From IMG/VR virus record IMGVR_UViG_3300029305_001083: DNA of 64,000 nt. One strand, written 5' to 3'. The DNA is from an uncultured virus (IMG/VR IMGVR_UViG_3300029305_001083). Taxonomy: Duplodnaviria > Heunggongvirae > Uroviricota > Caudoviricetes. Below are positions 27,315-37,267 of the stretch, one piece after another. The notes beneath the pieces are model-generated. The model was given only the letters and a program-made list of their open reading frames with translations. It did not search any database and was not told the origin of the DNA. Position 1 is the first letter of the stretch, and every line of letters begins with the position of its first letter. The position numbers were made by a program, and so were the translations under genes.

Positions 27315-28514
27315 ATGGATATTATCAACGCATTCCCTGGATATGAATATATCGACGGTAAGAATATTTATCGAGGGGATGATTTAGGAAAAGGAGGTTA
27401 TGTTTATGCTGAACCAGGTATGTATGGTAACGTGGCTTTATTGGATGTCGCTTCTATGCATCCGAATTCAGCTATCAATTTAAACGCATTCGGTGAGTAT
27501 ACACAAAACTTCAAAGATATTTTAGATACACGTATCGCTATTAAGAGAGGTGATTTTGATAAAGCCAAGCATTTGTTCGGTGGGAGATTAGCTAAATATT
27601 TAGATGATGAATCTTCAGCCGCAGCACTAGCTCAGGCTTTAAAGATTGCGATTAACTCTGTATATGGATTAACATCGGCAAACTTCGATAATCCATTTCG
27701 AGATATTAGAAACAAAAACAATATTGTAGCATTACGCGGGGCATTATTTATGCGAACACTTCAAGACGAAATTCAAAAACGAGGATTCAAGGTTGCTCAT
27801 ATTAAAACAGACTCTATTAAGATTCCAGACGCAACTCCGGAGATTATAGAATTCACCATGGATTTCGCCAAGCAGTATGGATACGAATTCGAACATGAGG
27901 CTACTTATGATAGAATGTGTCTTGTGAACGACGCTGTATACATTGCTAAATATGCTACAGCTGAGGATTGTATTAGTCAATATGGATATTCTCCAGGTGA
28001 CAACAAAAAGAAAGGTGGTAAATGGACGGCAACTGGTACTCAATTTCAAATACCATATGTATTCAAAAAACTGTTCTCTAAGGAGGAGATAACTTTCGAT
28101 GATTTGTGTGAGACGAAATCGGTAACTAGCTCTTTATATTTAGATATGAATGAAAATCTTGAGGAAGGAGAACATAACTATATATTCATTGGTAAAATAG
28201 GACGATTCTGTCCAATCAAAGAAGGATGCGGAGGAGGAATACTATATAGAGAAAAAGACGGTAAATACAATGCAGCAACCGGTTCTAAAGGATACCGATG
28301 GTTGGAATCAGAAATGGTTGAGAAACTGGGAAAGGTGGATGATATTGACCACAAACATTTTATTGAAATGGTTGATACGGCTATTGATGCTATTAATAAG
28401 TACGGGGATTTTGAATGGTTTATTTCGGATGATTTATATGTTAAACCACCATTAATTGTAGGAGAATACGGACTATACCCGTTTTACGAGGGAGATGATA
28501 TTTGTGACTCATGA
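27315..28514 (+). CDS. family B DNA polymerase catalytic domain
   Basis: LLDVASMHP (motif A), KIAINSVYG (B), IKTDS (C). Confidence 0.85.
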   Translation: MDIINAFPGYEYIDGKNIYRGDDLGKGGYVYAEPGMYGNVALLDVASMHPNSAINLNAFGEYTQNFKDILDTRIAIKRGDFDKAKHLFGGRLAKYLDDESSAAALAQALKIAINSVYGLTSANFDNPFRDIRNKNNIVALRGALFMRTLQDEIQKRGFKVAHIKTDSIKIPDATPEIIEFTMDFAKQYGYEFEHEATYDRMCLVNDAVYIAKYATAEDCISQYGYSPGDNKKKGGKWTATGTQFQIPYVFKKLFSKEEITFDDLCETKSVTSSLYLDMNENLEEGEHNYIFIGKIGRFCPIKEGCGGGILYREKDGKYNAATGSKGYRWLESEMVEKLGKVDDIDHKHFIEMVDTAIDAINKYGDFEWFISDDLYVKPPLIVGEYGLYPFYEGDDICDS

Positions 28515-28683
28515 AGATGTTAATAAGACTATCAATGTCTTAAACGAGCTCATTGATATTTATGCCAAAGAGCTATACATCTTAGATCAACATAAATCTA
28601 GAGATTGGAAAAAGCAATACAACTATCAACTAAAAATTGATAGAACCAATCAAGTTATTGAAGAGTTGAGAAAAATAATTTAA
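28495..28683 (+). CDS. hypothetical protein
   Basis: ORF with SD filling the gap. Confidence 0.55.
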   Translation: MIFVTHEDVNKTINVLNELIDIYAKELYILDQHKSRDWKKQYNYQLKIDRTNQVIEELRKII

Positions 28684-28704
28684 GGGTAAAGGAGAATGAT
28701 TGTT

Positions 28705-29181
28705 ATGGCTTATAAAAAAACAAATAATATTATGATTGAGAATGCACGTTTAATCTTTAAAAACTTCTCAGGGGAAGAATCAAAATTTAATCGCGGAGGT
28801 AATAAAAACTTCTGCGTTGTATTAGACCATGATATGGCTGAAGATTTAGCAGCTGAAGGTTGGAATATTAAATACTTACGTCCTCGTGAAGACGGAGAAG
28901 AACCAACTCCATATTTACAAGTGACTGTTGCTTATGGTAATATTCCACCTAAAGTTATTATGATTGCTGGGCGTAATAAAACACCATTAGATAGCATGGC
29001 AATTGGTACTTTAGATTATGCCGAAATCGCAAATGTAGACTTAATCATTAGACCCTATCATTGGGAAGTAAATGGAAAAGAAGGAATCAAAGCTTACTTA
29101 AAAACAATGTATGTTGAAATTGAGCAAGACGCATTCGCAAGTAAATACGACTTCGATGATGACGAAGAGGTTCCTTTCTGA
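28705..29181 (+). CDS. putative single-stranded DNA-binding protein
   Basis: ARLIFKNFSG...NFCVVL; acidic tail DDDEEVPF; replication context. Confidence 0.65.
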   Translation: MAYKKTNNIMIENARLIFKNFSGEESKFNRGGNKNFCVVLDHDMAEDLAAEGWNIKYLRPREDGEEPTPYLQVTVAYGNIPPKVIMIAGRNKTPLDSMAIGTLDYAEIANVDLIIRPYHWEVNGKEGIKAYLKTMYVEIEQDAFASKYDFDDDEEVPF

Positions 29182-29194
29182 AAGGATGATTTAA

Positions 29195-30412
29195 ATGGAA
29201 TTGAGAGATTATCAGCTAGACGCTATAAATAAAATGAAAAATGGATGTATATTAAACGGAGGGGTTGGTAGCGGAAAATCACTAACAGCCCTTTCGTATT
29301 ATTACCTTCAAAATGGAGGCAGCGTTGGATTTCTTACAGGTGAGGATTATATTCCTATGGATTGCACACCCATGGACCTTTATATTATTACAACCGCTAG
29401 AAAAAGAGATACGTTTGAATGGGAAGGCGAAATGTCACACTTTCTATTATCCACTCACGATGAGTGTAGTATATATAACAATAAGGTGGTGGTTGACTCA
29501 TGGAATAATATACAAAAATACAAAGATGTGATGAACGCTTTCTTTATATTTGACGAACAAAGAGTAGTAGGTAGCGGTGCATGGGTGAAGGCATTTCTAA
29601 CAATAACCAAAAAGAATAAATGGATATTACTATCCGCTACACCCGGAGATACATGGTCGGATTATATACCAGTATTTATAGCAAACGGATTCTATAAAAA
29701 CAAAACAGAATTCATGAGAGAGCATGCGGTATTCTCGAGATTCTCTAAATTCCCAAAAATTGAAAAATACATAGGAACGGGGCGATTGATTAGACAAAGA
29801 AGAGATATTCTTGTCGACATGAAATTCGAAAGAAAAACCGTGCAGCATCATTGTGATATTTATGTGACGTATGATTCAACACAATATAAGGATGTGATGA
29901 AACGACGATGGGATATTTGGAACGACGAGCCTATTGTAAATGCTAGTGGGCTTTGCTATGCGTTACGAAAAATTGTCAATACGCATGATTCTAGGTCAAC
30001 CAAACTATTAGAGCTATTTGAGACGCATAAAAAGATCATAGTGTTCTATAACTTTGATTATGAATTAGATGTACTCAAGAGCTTATATTATGGAGAGGGT
30101 GTGATAGTAGCGGAATGGAATGGACATAAACACGAACCGACGCCAACGGGTAGTAAATGGGTGTACTTGGTTCAATACACTGCTGGAGCAGAGGGTTGGA
30201 ATTGTATAACTACAGACACTATTGTATTTTACTCATTGAATTATTCATATAAAATTATGCATCAATCAGCAGGGAGAATAGATAGGCTTAATACGCCTTA
30301 TACTGATTTATATTATTACTACATGAAAACACGCTCTGGTATTGATTTAGCCATTGAGCGAGCTTTAAATGAGAAGAGAAAATTTAACGAGTCGAGCTTC
30401 ATAAAATTTTAG
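29195..30412 (+). CDS. SF2 DNA helicase
   Basis: LRDYQ, GGVGSGKS, FIFDEQ, LLSATP, QSAGRIDR. Confidence 0.9.
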   Translation: MELRDYQLDAINKMKNGCILNGGVGSGKSLTALSYYYLQNGGSVGFLTGEDYIPMDCTPMDLYIITTARKRDTFEWEGEMSHFLLSTHDECSIYNNKVVVDSWNNIQKYKDVMNAFFIFDEQRVVGSGAWVKAFLTITKKNKWILLSATPGDTWSDYIPVFIANGFYKNKTEFMREHAVFSRFSKFPKIEKYIGTGRLIRQRRDILVDMKFERKTVQHHCDIYVTYDSTQYKDVMKRRWDIWNDEPIVNASGLCYALRKIVNTHDSRSTKLLELFETHKKIIVFYNFDYELDVLKSLYYGEGVIVAEWNGHKHEPTPTGSKWVYLVQYTAGAEGWNCITTDTIVFYSLNYSYKIMHQSAGRIDRLNTPYTDLYYYYMKTRSGIDLAIERALNEKRKFNESSFIKF

Positions 30413-30424
30413 GAGGGGTTTGTT

Positions 30425-30985
30425 ATGGCATACGGACGTAAAATGGTGTTTATTGTGAATGGAAAACCACGAGCAGGTAAAGATACTTTTGCTCAGATTT
30501 TAGGAGAGTATATGGATGTTTATAAATACTCTGCTGTTTCTAAAGTTAAAGAGATTGCTAAATTATGCGGATGGGATGGCGCTAAAGAAGAACGAGATAG
30601 AAAATTCTTACATGAATTGAAAATGCTGACTACTGAATATTCAGATATGTCGCATAAAGATATTTTAAACGAGATTCAAAAATACTACGATGGTGAAATT
30701 CAAGCAGACGTTTTTGTGGTTGATATTCGAGAACCAGAAGAAATCAAACGACTACAAGAAATGGTTCCGTCTATCACTATTTTTATTGATAACGATAGAG
30801 TACCAGCAATCACTTCAAATGCTGCTGACGCAAATGTTGAGAATTACGAATACGACTTCCATATTAATAACGATGGAACTCTTGACGAATTTGAGGATAA
30901 TATTAAGATATTCTTAGAAATCCTTATGATGTTAACATTAATGGCTGAGGATTATGAAGATGGAAACTTAGATATTTTAAACTAG
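30425..30985 (+). CDS. putative deoxynucleoside monophosphate kinase
   Basis: NGKPRAGKDT P-loop, DIREPEE, INNDGTL. Confidence 0.65.
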   Translation: MAYGRKMVFIVNGKPRAGKDTFAQILGEYMDVYKYSAVSKVKEIAKLCGWDGAKEERDRKFLHELKMLTTEYSDMSHKDILNEIQKYYDGEIQADVFVVDIREPEEIKRLQEMVPSITIFIDNDRVPAITSNAADANVENYEYDFHINNDGTLDEFEDNIKIFLEILMMLTLMAEDYEDGNLDILN

Positions 30986-30999
30986 AGGGGGAATGCGAA

Positions 31000-32862
31000 A
31001 TGTCAAAATCCGAAAACGAGTTAATTGATGCCGTGTGCGGTTTATTGGATTTTACGAACCAAGACGTTCTAACAGAGAACGCGAATAAGCAGTCTCAACT
31101 TGTGTCTACTCAACGAGATTTAATGGCTGGGGAAGTAAGCAAATATATTTCTAAAACAAAAATTCTACCACGGCATCTAGTTGAAGCTCACGATAGAGGC
31201 GAAATAAAAATTCACGATTTAGACTATTATTTAAACTCAACATATAATTGCGAATTGATAAATTTAGATGATATGCTACAAAACGGTACTGTTATTAATA
31301 AAAAGATGATTGAAAAACCTAAATCATTAAGAACTGCCATGACCATCGTAACGCAAATAGCCGCTCAGGTGGCTTCTTCCACTTACGGTGGTCAAACTAT
31401 TTCACTATCTCATATAGCACCTTTTGTTAGAATAAGCGAGGAAAAAATTACTAAAAAATACAAAGCTATGGACTTACCTGTTACAGACGAACGCTTGCAA
31501 GAATTGATTAATAAAGAGTTGCAAGACGAGGTTAAGGATGCTGTCCAAACCTTTAACTATCAAGTATCAACGCTCATGACCACAAACGGGCAATCACCAT
31601 TTATCTCAGTATGCATGTATATTTCCGAAAAACCGGAATATGAAAAAGAAACCGTGATATTAATCGAAGAGTTTTTAAAACAACGAATCGCTGGACTAAA
31701 AAATGAGTATGGAGTTGTGGCCACTCAAACATTTCCTAAACTATTATATTTTCTAGATGAAAACAACACTTATCCGGGAAGCGAATACTATTGGTTAACA
31801 AAGCTTGCAGCTAAATCAACAGCGTTACGAATGAATCCTGACGTGATTTCAGTTAAGAAAATGAAAGAATTACACGGTTACGCATTTCCGCCTATGGGTT
31901 GCCGAGCTTTCTTAAGCGTATTCAAAGATAAAAACGATGAGGCTATATTCTACGGACGAGGTAACCTTGGTGTATGTTCGGTGAATCTACCATATGCAGC
32001 TCTTGAATCAGGAGGCGATGTTAGAAAATTCTTTAAAATAATGGATGAGAAGTTAGAACTAGCGAGACAAGTATGCGAGTTACGTTATGAAAAATTACGA
32101 GGGGTTAAGGCTAGTATTGCTCCGATCTTATGGCAACACGGAGCGATTTCAAGACTTGGTCCGGACGATGACATTTTAAAAGCTATCGATGAACGAGGAT
32201 TCACAGTAACCATTGGATATTCTGGTTTATATGAAACTGTAAAATACTTAACTGGCGAATCACATACTTCAGAAAAAGGTTTCGAATTAGCGGAACACAT
32301 AATGAGATATTTACGAGACACATTAGGAAACTTTAAAATTAACCAACCTCATTTACGATTCGCGCTATATGGTACACCTCAAGAATCAACCACAGGCTGG
32401 TTTAGCGAAAAACTACGAGCACGATTTGGCGATGTACCGGATATTACAGATAAAGGTTGGATTACCAATTCTTATCATGTCGATATTCGTGAAGAGATAG
32501 ACGCATTTGAGAAATTAAATATTGAGGGTAAATTACAAAGATATTCTACGGGAGGAGCTGTTAGTTATATTGAAACAAGTCCGTTATATAATAATGTCAG
32601 TGCTGTTCTCAAGTTATACGAACACATGTACGAAACGATCATCTACTCGGAAATCAACTTCGAAAGCGACGTCTGCGGAGTTTGTAAATACTCGGGAGTC
32701 ATGGAAAACGACCCAGAAACGTTAGATTGGGTTTGTCCGGTATGCGGTAATAGAGACCAAACTAAATTAAGTGTAGTACGACGAACATGTGGATATTTAG
32801 GTGAGACTACCTGGACGACTGGGAGAAAGTTGGATATTCTTAATAGAATTAAACATTTATAA
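31000..32862 (+). CDS. nrdD: anaerobic (class III) ribonucleoside-triphosphate reductase, no ATP-cone
   Basis: IHDLDY, YGGQT, PMGCR, YGTPQES, CxxC/CxxC, RRTCGYLG glycyl-radical loop. Confidence 0.95.
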   Translation: MSKSENELIDAVCGLLDFTNQDVLTENANKQSQLVSTQRDLMAGEVSKYISKTKILPRHLVEAHDRGEIKIHDLDYYLNSTYNCELINLDDMLQNGTVINKKMIEKPKSLRTAMTIVTQIAAQVASSTYGGQTISLSHIAPFVRISEEKITKKYKAMDLPVTDERLQELINKELQDEVKDAVQTFNYQVSTLMTTNGQSPFISVCMYISEKPEYEKETVILIEEFLKQRIAGLKNEYGVVATQTFPKLLYFLDENNTYPGSEYYWLTKLAAKSTALRMNPDVISVKKMKELHGYAFPPMGCRAFLSVFKDKNDEAIFYGRGNLGVCSVNLPYAALESGGDVRKFFKIMDEKLELARQVCELRYEKLRGVKASIAPILWQHGAISRLGPDDDILKAIDERGFTVTIGYSGLYETVKYLTGESHTSEKGFELAEHIMRYLRDTLGNFKINQPHLRFALYGTPQESTTGWFSEKLRARFGDVPDITDKGWITNSYHVDIREEIDAFEKLNIEGKLQRYSTGGAVSYIETSPLYNNVSAVLKLYEHMYETIIYSEINFESDVCGVCKYSGVMENDPETLDWVCPVCGNRDQTKLSVVRRTCGYLGETTWTTGRKLDILNRIKHL

Positions 32863-32874
32863 GGAGAGGATAAT

Positions 32875-33372
32875 ATGAATTATTCAAAAATGTTAAAATA
32901 CGACGCTAGTAACTGGGACGGGATTACGGCCACAATATTCTTTAGTGGTTGTAAATTCCGTTGTCCTGGTTGTTTTAATAGTGAGTTATGGGATTTTAAA
33001 TGCGGACAACCGTTCGATAAAAAAGCGAAAAAACAGTTTATATCCTATGCGAAAAACCCACACGTTGATGGTGTATGCTTATTAGGAGGCGAAGTATTTC
33101 AACAAGATTTGGATGAGATATTAGACCTGGTTATTCAACTGACTCGCGAGGTTAAGAAACCGATTCACGTATGGTCTGGGTATACATTCGAAGAGTTAAT
33201 GGCAGATGAGAAATCGATGGTTATTCTACACTACATCGACACATTAGTGGATGGGCCATTTATATTTAAACAAAAAGACCTAACACTTAAATATCGCGGT
33301 AGCTCGAATCAAAGAGTTATCGACGTTAAGCGAAGTTTAAGCGAGGGTAAAGTGGTGATAATTGATGACTAA
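32875..33372 (+). CDS. nrdG: class III RNR activase (radical SAM)
   Basis: SGCKFRCPGCFN, LLGGE, LVDGPF, RGSSNQRVID. Confidence 0.95.
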   Translation: MNYSKMLKYDASNWDGITATIFFSGCKFRCPGCFNSELWDFKCGQPFDKKAKKQFISYAKNPHVDGVCLLGGEVFQQDLDEILDLVIQLTREVKKPIHVWSGYTFEELMADEKSMVILHYIDTLVDGPFIFKQKDLTLKYRGSSNQRVIDVKRSLSEGKVVIIDD

Positions 33373-33425
33373 AAAAGAGAAAGAGGTAAAAGAAAACAAG
33401 AAGTACAAAAAGCGTAAAAAGAAAC

Positions 33426-33456
33426 GCGCGAAATAAACAAGTCCTATTATGAGAGA
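33426..33456 (+). promoter_or_regulatory. 31-bp motif copy 7
   Basis: GCGCGAAATAAACAAGTCCTATTATGAGAGA. Confidence 0.7.
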
Positions 33457-33482
33457 ACATTAATTCGAAGGGGCGATTCTTT

Positions 33483-33644
33483 ATGAATGGAAATCAAAAT
33501 GATACTATTAAAATTATGAGCATGGACAGAAAGTTATTAGCAACTGTGCATTTCAAAGAAGATGGTTCATACGAGATTATTCCAAACGACGAAAGATACG
33601 ACTACTACGAAGGAAAATGGGATGACGACTTAGATTGGGATTGA
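33483..33644 (+). CDS. 53-aa acidic protein (cassette ORF, not in ORF track)
   Basis: MNGNQNDTIKIMSMDRK...WDDDLDWD; AAGGGG SD; hairpin 33643-33662. Confidence 0.65.
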   Translation: MNGNQNDTIKIMSMDRKLLATVHFKEDGSYEIIPNDERYDYYEGKWDDDLDWD

Positions 33645-33697
33645 GAGACTTCACGGTCTCTTTTCCTTTTGACTTTAAAATCATGGAGGATGATAAA

Positions 33698-34213
33698 ATG
33701 AGTTTAGAATACGATATGTTATTAGAGCGTCATAGAGACAATGTTAAGAATGGATATTTATGGATTAAGCGATACTTACCCGAGCTTCTGATTGCGGGTT
33801 ATGATTATGGAATGTATATTGAGGCACATGATATGTCTAAAAACGATAGAGACGAATATGATGCAGCTGATGCTTTTCTATTTGGACCAGAAGATGTTGA
33901 GGCTAGAGCAAATTATAGAAGATCGCAACTACATCATAGACATCGAAACCCACATCATTGGGAGTTCTGGATTCTACACACAAGCAATACTCCAGCTATG
34001 ATTCTTGATATGGAGTATCCTTATATTATCGAAATGATTTGTGATTGGTGGTCTTTCAGTTGGGAGACTGGTGATTTGTTTGATATTTTCGACTGGTATG
34101 AAGAACACAAACACAATATTAAATTAAGCAAAAAGACAAAACGAACAGTTGAAGATATTTTATCTAAGCTTCATCTTAGATTAATTATGGTCAAGGGACC
34201 TAGAGAAAACTAA
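33698..34213 (+). CDS. HD-like metal-dependent hydrolase (DUF5662-like)
   Basis: H...V, AHDMSK, HHRHRNPHHWE, EMICDW. Confidence 0.7.
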   Translation: MSLEYDMLLERHRDNVKNGYLWIKRYLPELLIAGYDYGMYIEAHDMSKNDRDEYDAADAFLFGPEDVEARANYRRSQLHHRHRNPHHWEFWILHTSNTPAMILDMEYPYIIEMICDWWSFSWETGDLFDIFDWYEEHKHNIKLSKKTKRTVEDILSKLHLRLIMVKGPREN

Positions 34214-34235
34214 AAAATAAAGGGAGAGTGTTATT

Positions 34236-34511
34236 ATGACATGGTTAACTGTTATTATGGCTTGTGCGCTTGGTATGATGACTATTGGGTGTAATGGAGA
34301 TATGACTAAAAAAGAGGAAAGAAAATATTCTTATGAATATTGTCGTAAAAATCTTAGCGTCAATTACTATGATAATTGGCGTTGCGAAGACATCGCTTAT
34401 CAATTACAAGATAATTGGTTAAAAGATGATTTGGAATATTTAATGCGACATGGATATTCTTTCGAACGTGCCGTCAACGAGTTAGTCGAAGACGGTAAAA
34501 TGCATCTATAA
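34236..34511 (+). CDS. putative lipoprotein
   Basis: Hydrophobic N-terminus ending TIGC. Confidence 0.5.
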   Translation: MTWLTVIMACALGMMTIGCNGDMTKKEERKYSYEYCRKNLSVNYYDNWRCEDIAYQLQDNWLKDDLEYLMRHGYSFERAVNELVEDGKMHL

Positions 34512-34561
34512 AATCATACTAGGTCCCCTGACCTTAGTTAATCTAAAAAGGAGAGAGAAAA

Positions 34562-34777
34562 ATGTTAAAATTATTATTAATCTTAGAATGCTTAAAAGAA
34601 TTATTCTTAGTGGTGTTAGTTGGAGCCTTCACTTCAATTCTATCAGCAATTGTGGTTGTATATGTTGTTGTTAAAGTCTTAGGAATTAAAGAAATTCTAG
34701 ACATGGAAGATGAAGAGGATTATATTCTTACTAAAGATGATGAAAAAATTCCATATGATGACGAGACTCAAGAGTAA
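34562..34777 (+). CDS. small membrane protein with acidic tail
   Basis: Long hydrophobic stretch; SD. Confidence 0.6.
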   Translation: MLKLLLILECLKELFLVVLVGAFTSILSAIVVVYVVVKVLGIKEILDMEDEEDYILTKDDEKIPYDDETQE

Positions 34778-34789
34778 AGGAGAGATAAT

Positions 34790-35623
34790 ATGTTATTAGA
34801 TGGTAAAAAATATGCTGAGGCTAAGGTCTCAGAATTAAAAGAACGAGCTTCAAAATTACCAAAGAAACCAATGTTAGCTATTATTCAAGTTGCTGGCGAT
34901 ATTGCTAGCGACGTATATGTACAAAACAAATTTAAACGATGTATTGAAGTTGGCGTTGTTCCTAAACTATTCTACTTCTTAGACAACGCTCAACAATGGC
35001 AAATCCAAAACAAAATCTACGAGTTAAATATGGATGACGAGATTACGGGAATCTTATTACAATTACCATTACCCGACCATCTTGACGCTGAATATTTAAC
35101 AAACCTTATCGACCCTCGTAAGGATGTAGATGGATTCACAGAAACTAATACTGGTAGATTATCGTTAGGTAAACCAGGTAACATTCCATGTACCGCTAAA
35201 GGTGTTATCGACATGTTAGACTTCTATGATATTCCACTAGAGGGTAAAGACGTGTTAATTATTAATAGAAGCGATATTGTTGGTAAACCTTTAGCCCAAT
35301 TATTCTTACAACGAAACGCAACAGTAACCGTCGCACATAGTAAAACACAGAATCTTAAAGAAAAAGTAAAACAAGCAGATATTGTTGTTACGGCTGTAGG
35401 TAAACCAAACTTCTTGAAATATGATGATTTTAAAGAAGGAGCTACAGTTATCGATGTCTCTATCAATTTCGTTAACGGACGAATGTATGGAGATGTTAAG
35501 AAAACAAGTTATGGATATTTACAAACACTAGGTAACCTTACTCCGGTACCAGGAGGAGTCGGGCAAGCTACCGTTATTGCTTTAATCGATAATGTTATCA
35601 CAATTGCAGAGGAGGAGTTATGA
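34790..35623 (+). CDS. folD: methylenetetrahydrofolate dehydrogenase/cyclohydrolase
   Basis: LLDGK, YVQNK, GILLQLPLP, KDVDG, PCT, RSDIVGKP, TPVPGGVG. Confidence 0.95.
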   Translation: MLLDGKKYAEAKVSELKERASKLPKKPMLAIIQVAGDIASDVYVQNKFKRCIEVGVVPKLFYFLDNAQQWQIQNKIYELNMDDEITGILLQLPLPDHLDAEYLTNLIDPRKDVDGFTETNTGRLSLGKPGNIPCTAKGVIDMLDFYDIPLEGKDVLIINRSDIVGKPLAQLFLQRNATVTVAHSKTQNLKEKVKQADIVVTAVGKPNFLKYDDFKEGATVIDVSINFVNGRMYGDVKKTSYGYLQTLGNLTPVPGGVGQATVIALIDNVITIAEEEL

Positions 35624-35717
35624 TGTTTAGTAAAGAATTTGAAATCACAACGTTATTAATGGTGTTATTAGGGATTGATATTTGTCCAACATTAGAAGAC
35701 ATTGAGGAGGAATAGTT

Positions 35718-36050
35718 ATGGAAGCGAGAGAATATCAGGAGTTAGCAGCACGAACAATTAACAAAACATTACATGATTATGAGGTTGAGCAACACGCATT
35801 ACATGGTATGGCTAGTGAAATCGGAGAATTACATGGGTTATATCAAAAAGCATATCAAGGACATGGATTTGATGGTGAACATGCTAAAAAAGAGCTCGGC
35901 GATTTACTTTGGTTTATCGCTGAGTACTGCACTGCTATGAATTGGGATTTAGGTGAGGTGATGTTTAAAAATATTTCTAAGTTATTAGCACGTTATCCTG
36001 AAGGTTTCAAAGCTGAAAATAGCTTAAATCGAGAAGAGGGGGATATCTGA
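35718..36050 (+). CDS. MazG-like nucleotide pyrophosphohydrolase
   Basis: EYQELA.RT, GMASEIGE, KELGDLLW, N..KL..RYP. Confidence 0.85.
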   Translation: MEAREYQELAARTINKTLHDYEVEQHALHGMASEIGELHGLYQKAYQGHGFDGEHAKKELGDLLWFIAEYCTAMNWDLGEVMFKNISKLLARYPEGFKAENSLNREEGDI

Positions 36051-36238
36051 TGACAATTAAAGAGAAAATCTTATTGGGTACTTCTATTATCGGTGTTGGA
36101 GGAGCTGCTGTAGCTGGATATTTTTGTATAGCCTACAAACAGGCAGTTCAATTTTTAGTGGAGGAGCGAGATGAGTCATTAAAACGTCCTTTTATAGGAT
36201 TCGTTTGTGCCAAACCAGAGGAGAAAGAGGAGGAATAA
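36050..36238 (+). CDS. small membrane protein
   Basis: N-terminal TM. Confidence 0.55.
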   Translation: MTIKEKILLGTSIIGVGGAAVAGYFCIAYKQAVQFLVEERDESLKRPFIGFVCAKPEEKEEE

Positions 36239-36239
36239 A

Positions 36240-36881
36240 ATGTCAGTTATTACTAATATGCATGTTTATGATTTAGAGGAGACGTTGGTTGCTAGTGGTT
36301 ATGCCATGATTAACGAATACAATACGATTGATATTTGTAAAAAATTAGATGATCTTCGTGGTACAGTCTACGGCCCTTATGCTGTAGAGGAGAACGCTCA
36401 TGTTAAACGGGCTATGGTTTTAACAAAAGCTCCACTTAACAGCGGTCATTGCTCGTTTCTTAAAGGAATTGTCGTAAATATGGATTTGACATTCACCAAT
36501 AAGGTATGGATAGAATTTCAACGCTATCATTTTGCGGATATTATTACAGGAATGTCGACAATGCATCGCTTGAGTCGATTTGATTTAGAATCAGCATTCA
36601 TCGATTACGTTTCACCCGAAATAATCGAGGTTATGAAACGATTGCAACAAGATTACAACAATAATCCAACTAAAGAAAATTATTTATCATTGGTATATTC
36701 TTGCCCAAGCGGTCTAAAAATGACAGGACGAGTTACGACAAATTATTTACAACTCATGACTATATACAAACAACGACATAATCATCGTTTACCAGAGTGG
36801 CGAACATTTTGTAAAGAATGTGTGGATCAACTTCCATTCTTCGAAGACTTTTTGATAGCGAATGGGGTTGAAATTAAATAA
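36240..36881 (+). CDS. ThyX-like (flavin-dependent thymidylate synthase-like) protein
   Basis: GH.SFL, EFQRYH, STMH, TTNYLQL...QRHNHRLPEW; nucleotide-metabolism context. Confidence 0.6.
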   Translation: MSVITNMHVYDLEETLVASGYAMINEYNTIDICKKLDDLRGTVYGPYAVEENAHVKRAMVLTKAPLNSGHCSFLKGIVVNMDLTFTNKVWIEFQRYHFADIITGMSTMHRLSRFDLESAFIDYVSPEIIEVMKRLQQDYNNNPTKENYLSLVYSCPSGLKMTGRVTTNYLQLMTIYKQRHNHRLPEWRTFCKECVDQLPFFEDFLIANGVEIK

Positions 36882-36888
36882 AGGGGCG

Positions 36889-37045
36889 ATGAGTATGACT
36901 TTGGGATGTTGGTTCTTAGTTGGTGTATTTATTGCTTTAGTTATAGTATTGTATGAGGAGAGTAAGGGGTGATATCGTGGCGTTCGGTTGTTGGTTTATC
37001 CTGGCGTTATTTGGGTTATGGTATATTTTATGCTATTTAGATTAG
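36889..37045 (+). CDS. two tandem related hydrophobic micropeptides (36889-36972; 36977-37045)
   Basis: MSMTLGCWFLVGVFIALVIVLYEESKG and MAFGCWFILALFGLWYILCYLD, each with AAGGGG SD. Confidence 0.45.
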
Positions 37046-37060
37046 AAAGGATTGATATTT

Positions 37061-37234
37061 ATGGCAGATCAAGTAGTGAAATGTGTAAAACGTATTTTTA
37101 GAAGTGATGCGAATGGGTTAACTTTAGATAAAAATTATGAAGTAGTATTCGAGGGTGAGTATTCTTATATTATTATCGATGATAACGGTAAGGTTTTTCC
37201 GTACGATAAGGAGAACTTTGAAGAGCTCGCGTAA
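37061..37234 (+). CDS. small SH3-like beta protein
   Basis: VKCV...LTLDKNYEV...Y.IIDDNG....Y....F. Confidence 0.55.
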   Translation: MADQVVKCVKRIFRSDANGLTLDKNYEVVFEGEYSYIIIDDNGKVFPYDKENFEELA

Positions 37235-37257
37235 TTTACAAGCTCTATTATGAGGAG
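37227..37257 (+). promoter_or_regulatory. 31-bp motif copy 8
   Basis: TCGCGTAATTTACAAGCTCTATTATGAGGAG. Confidence 0.65.
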
Positions 37258-37267
37258 AGTGATAATT

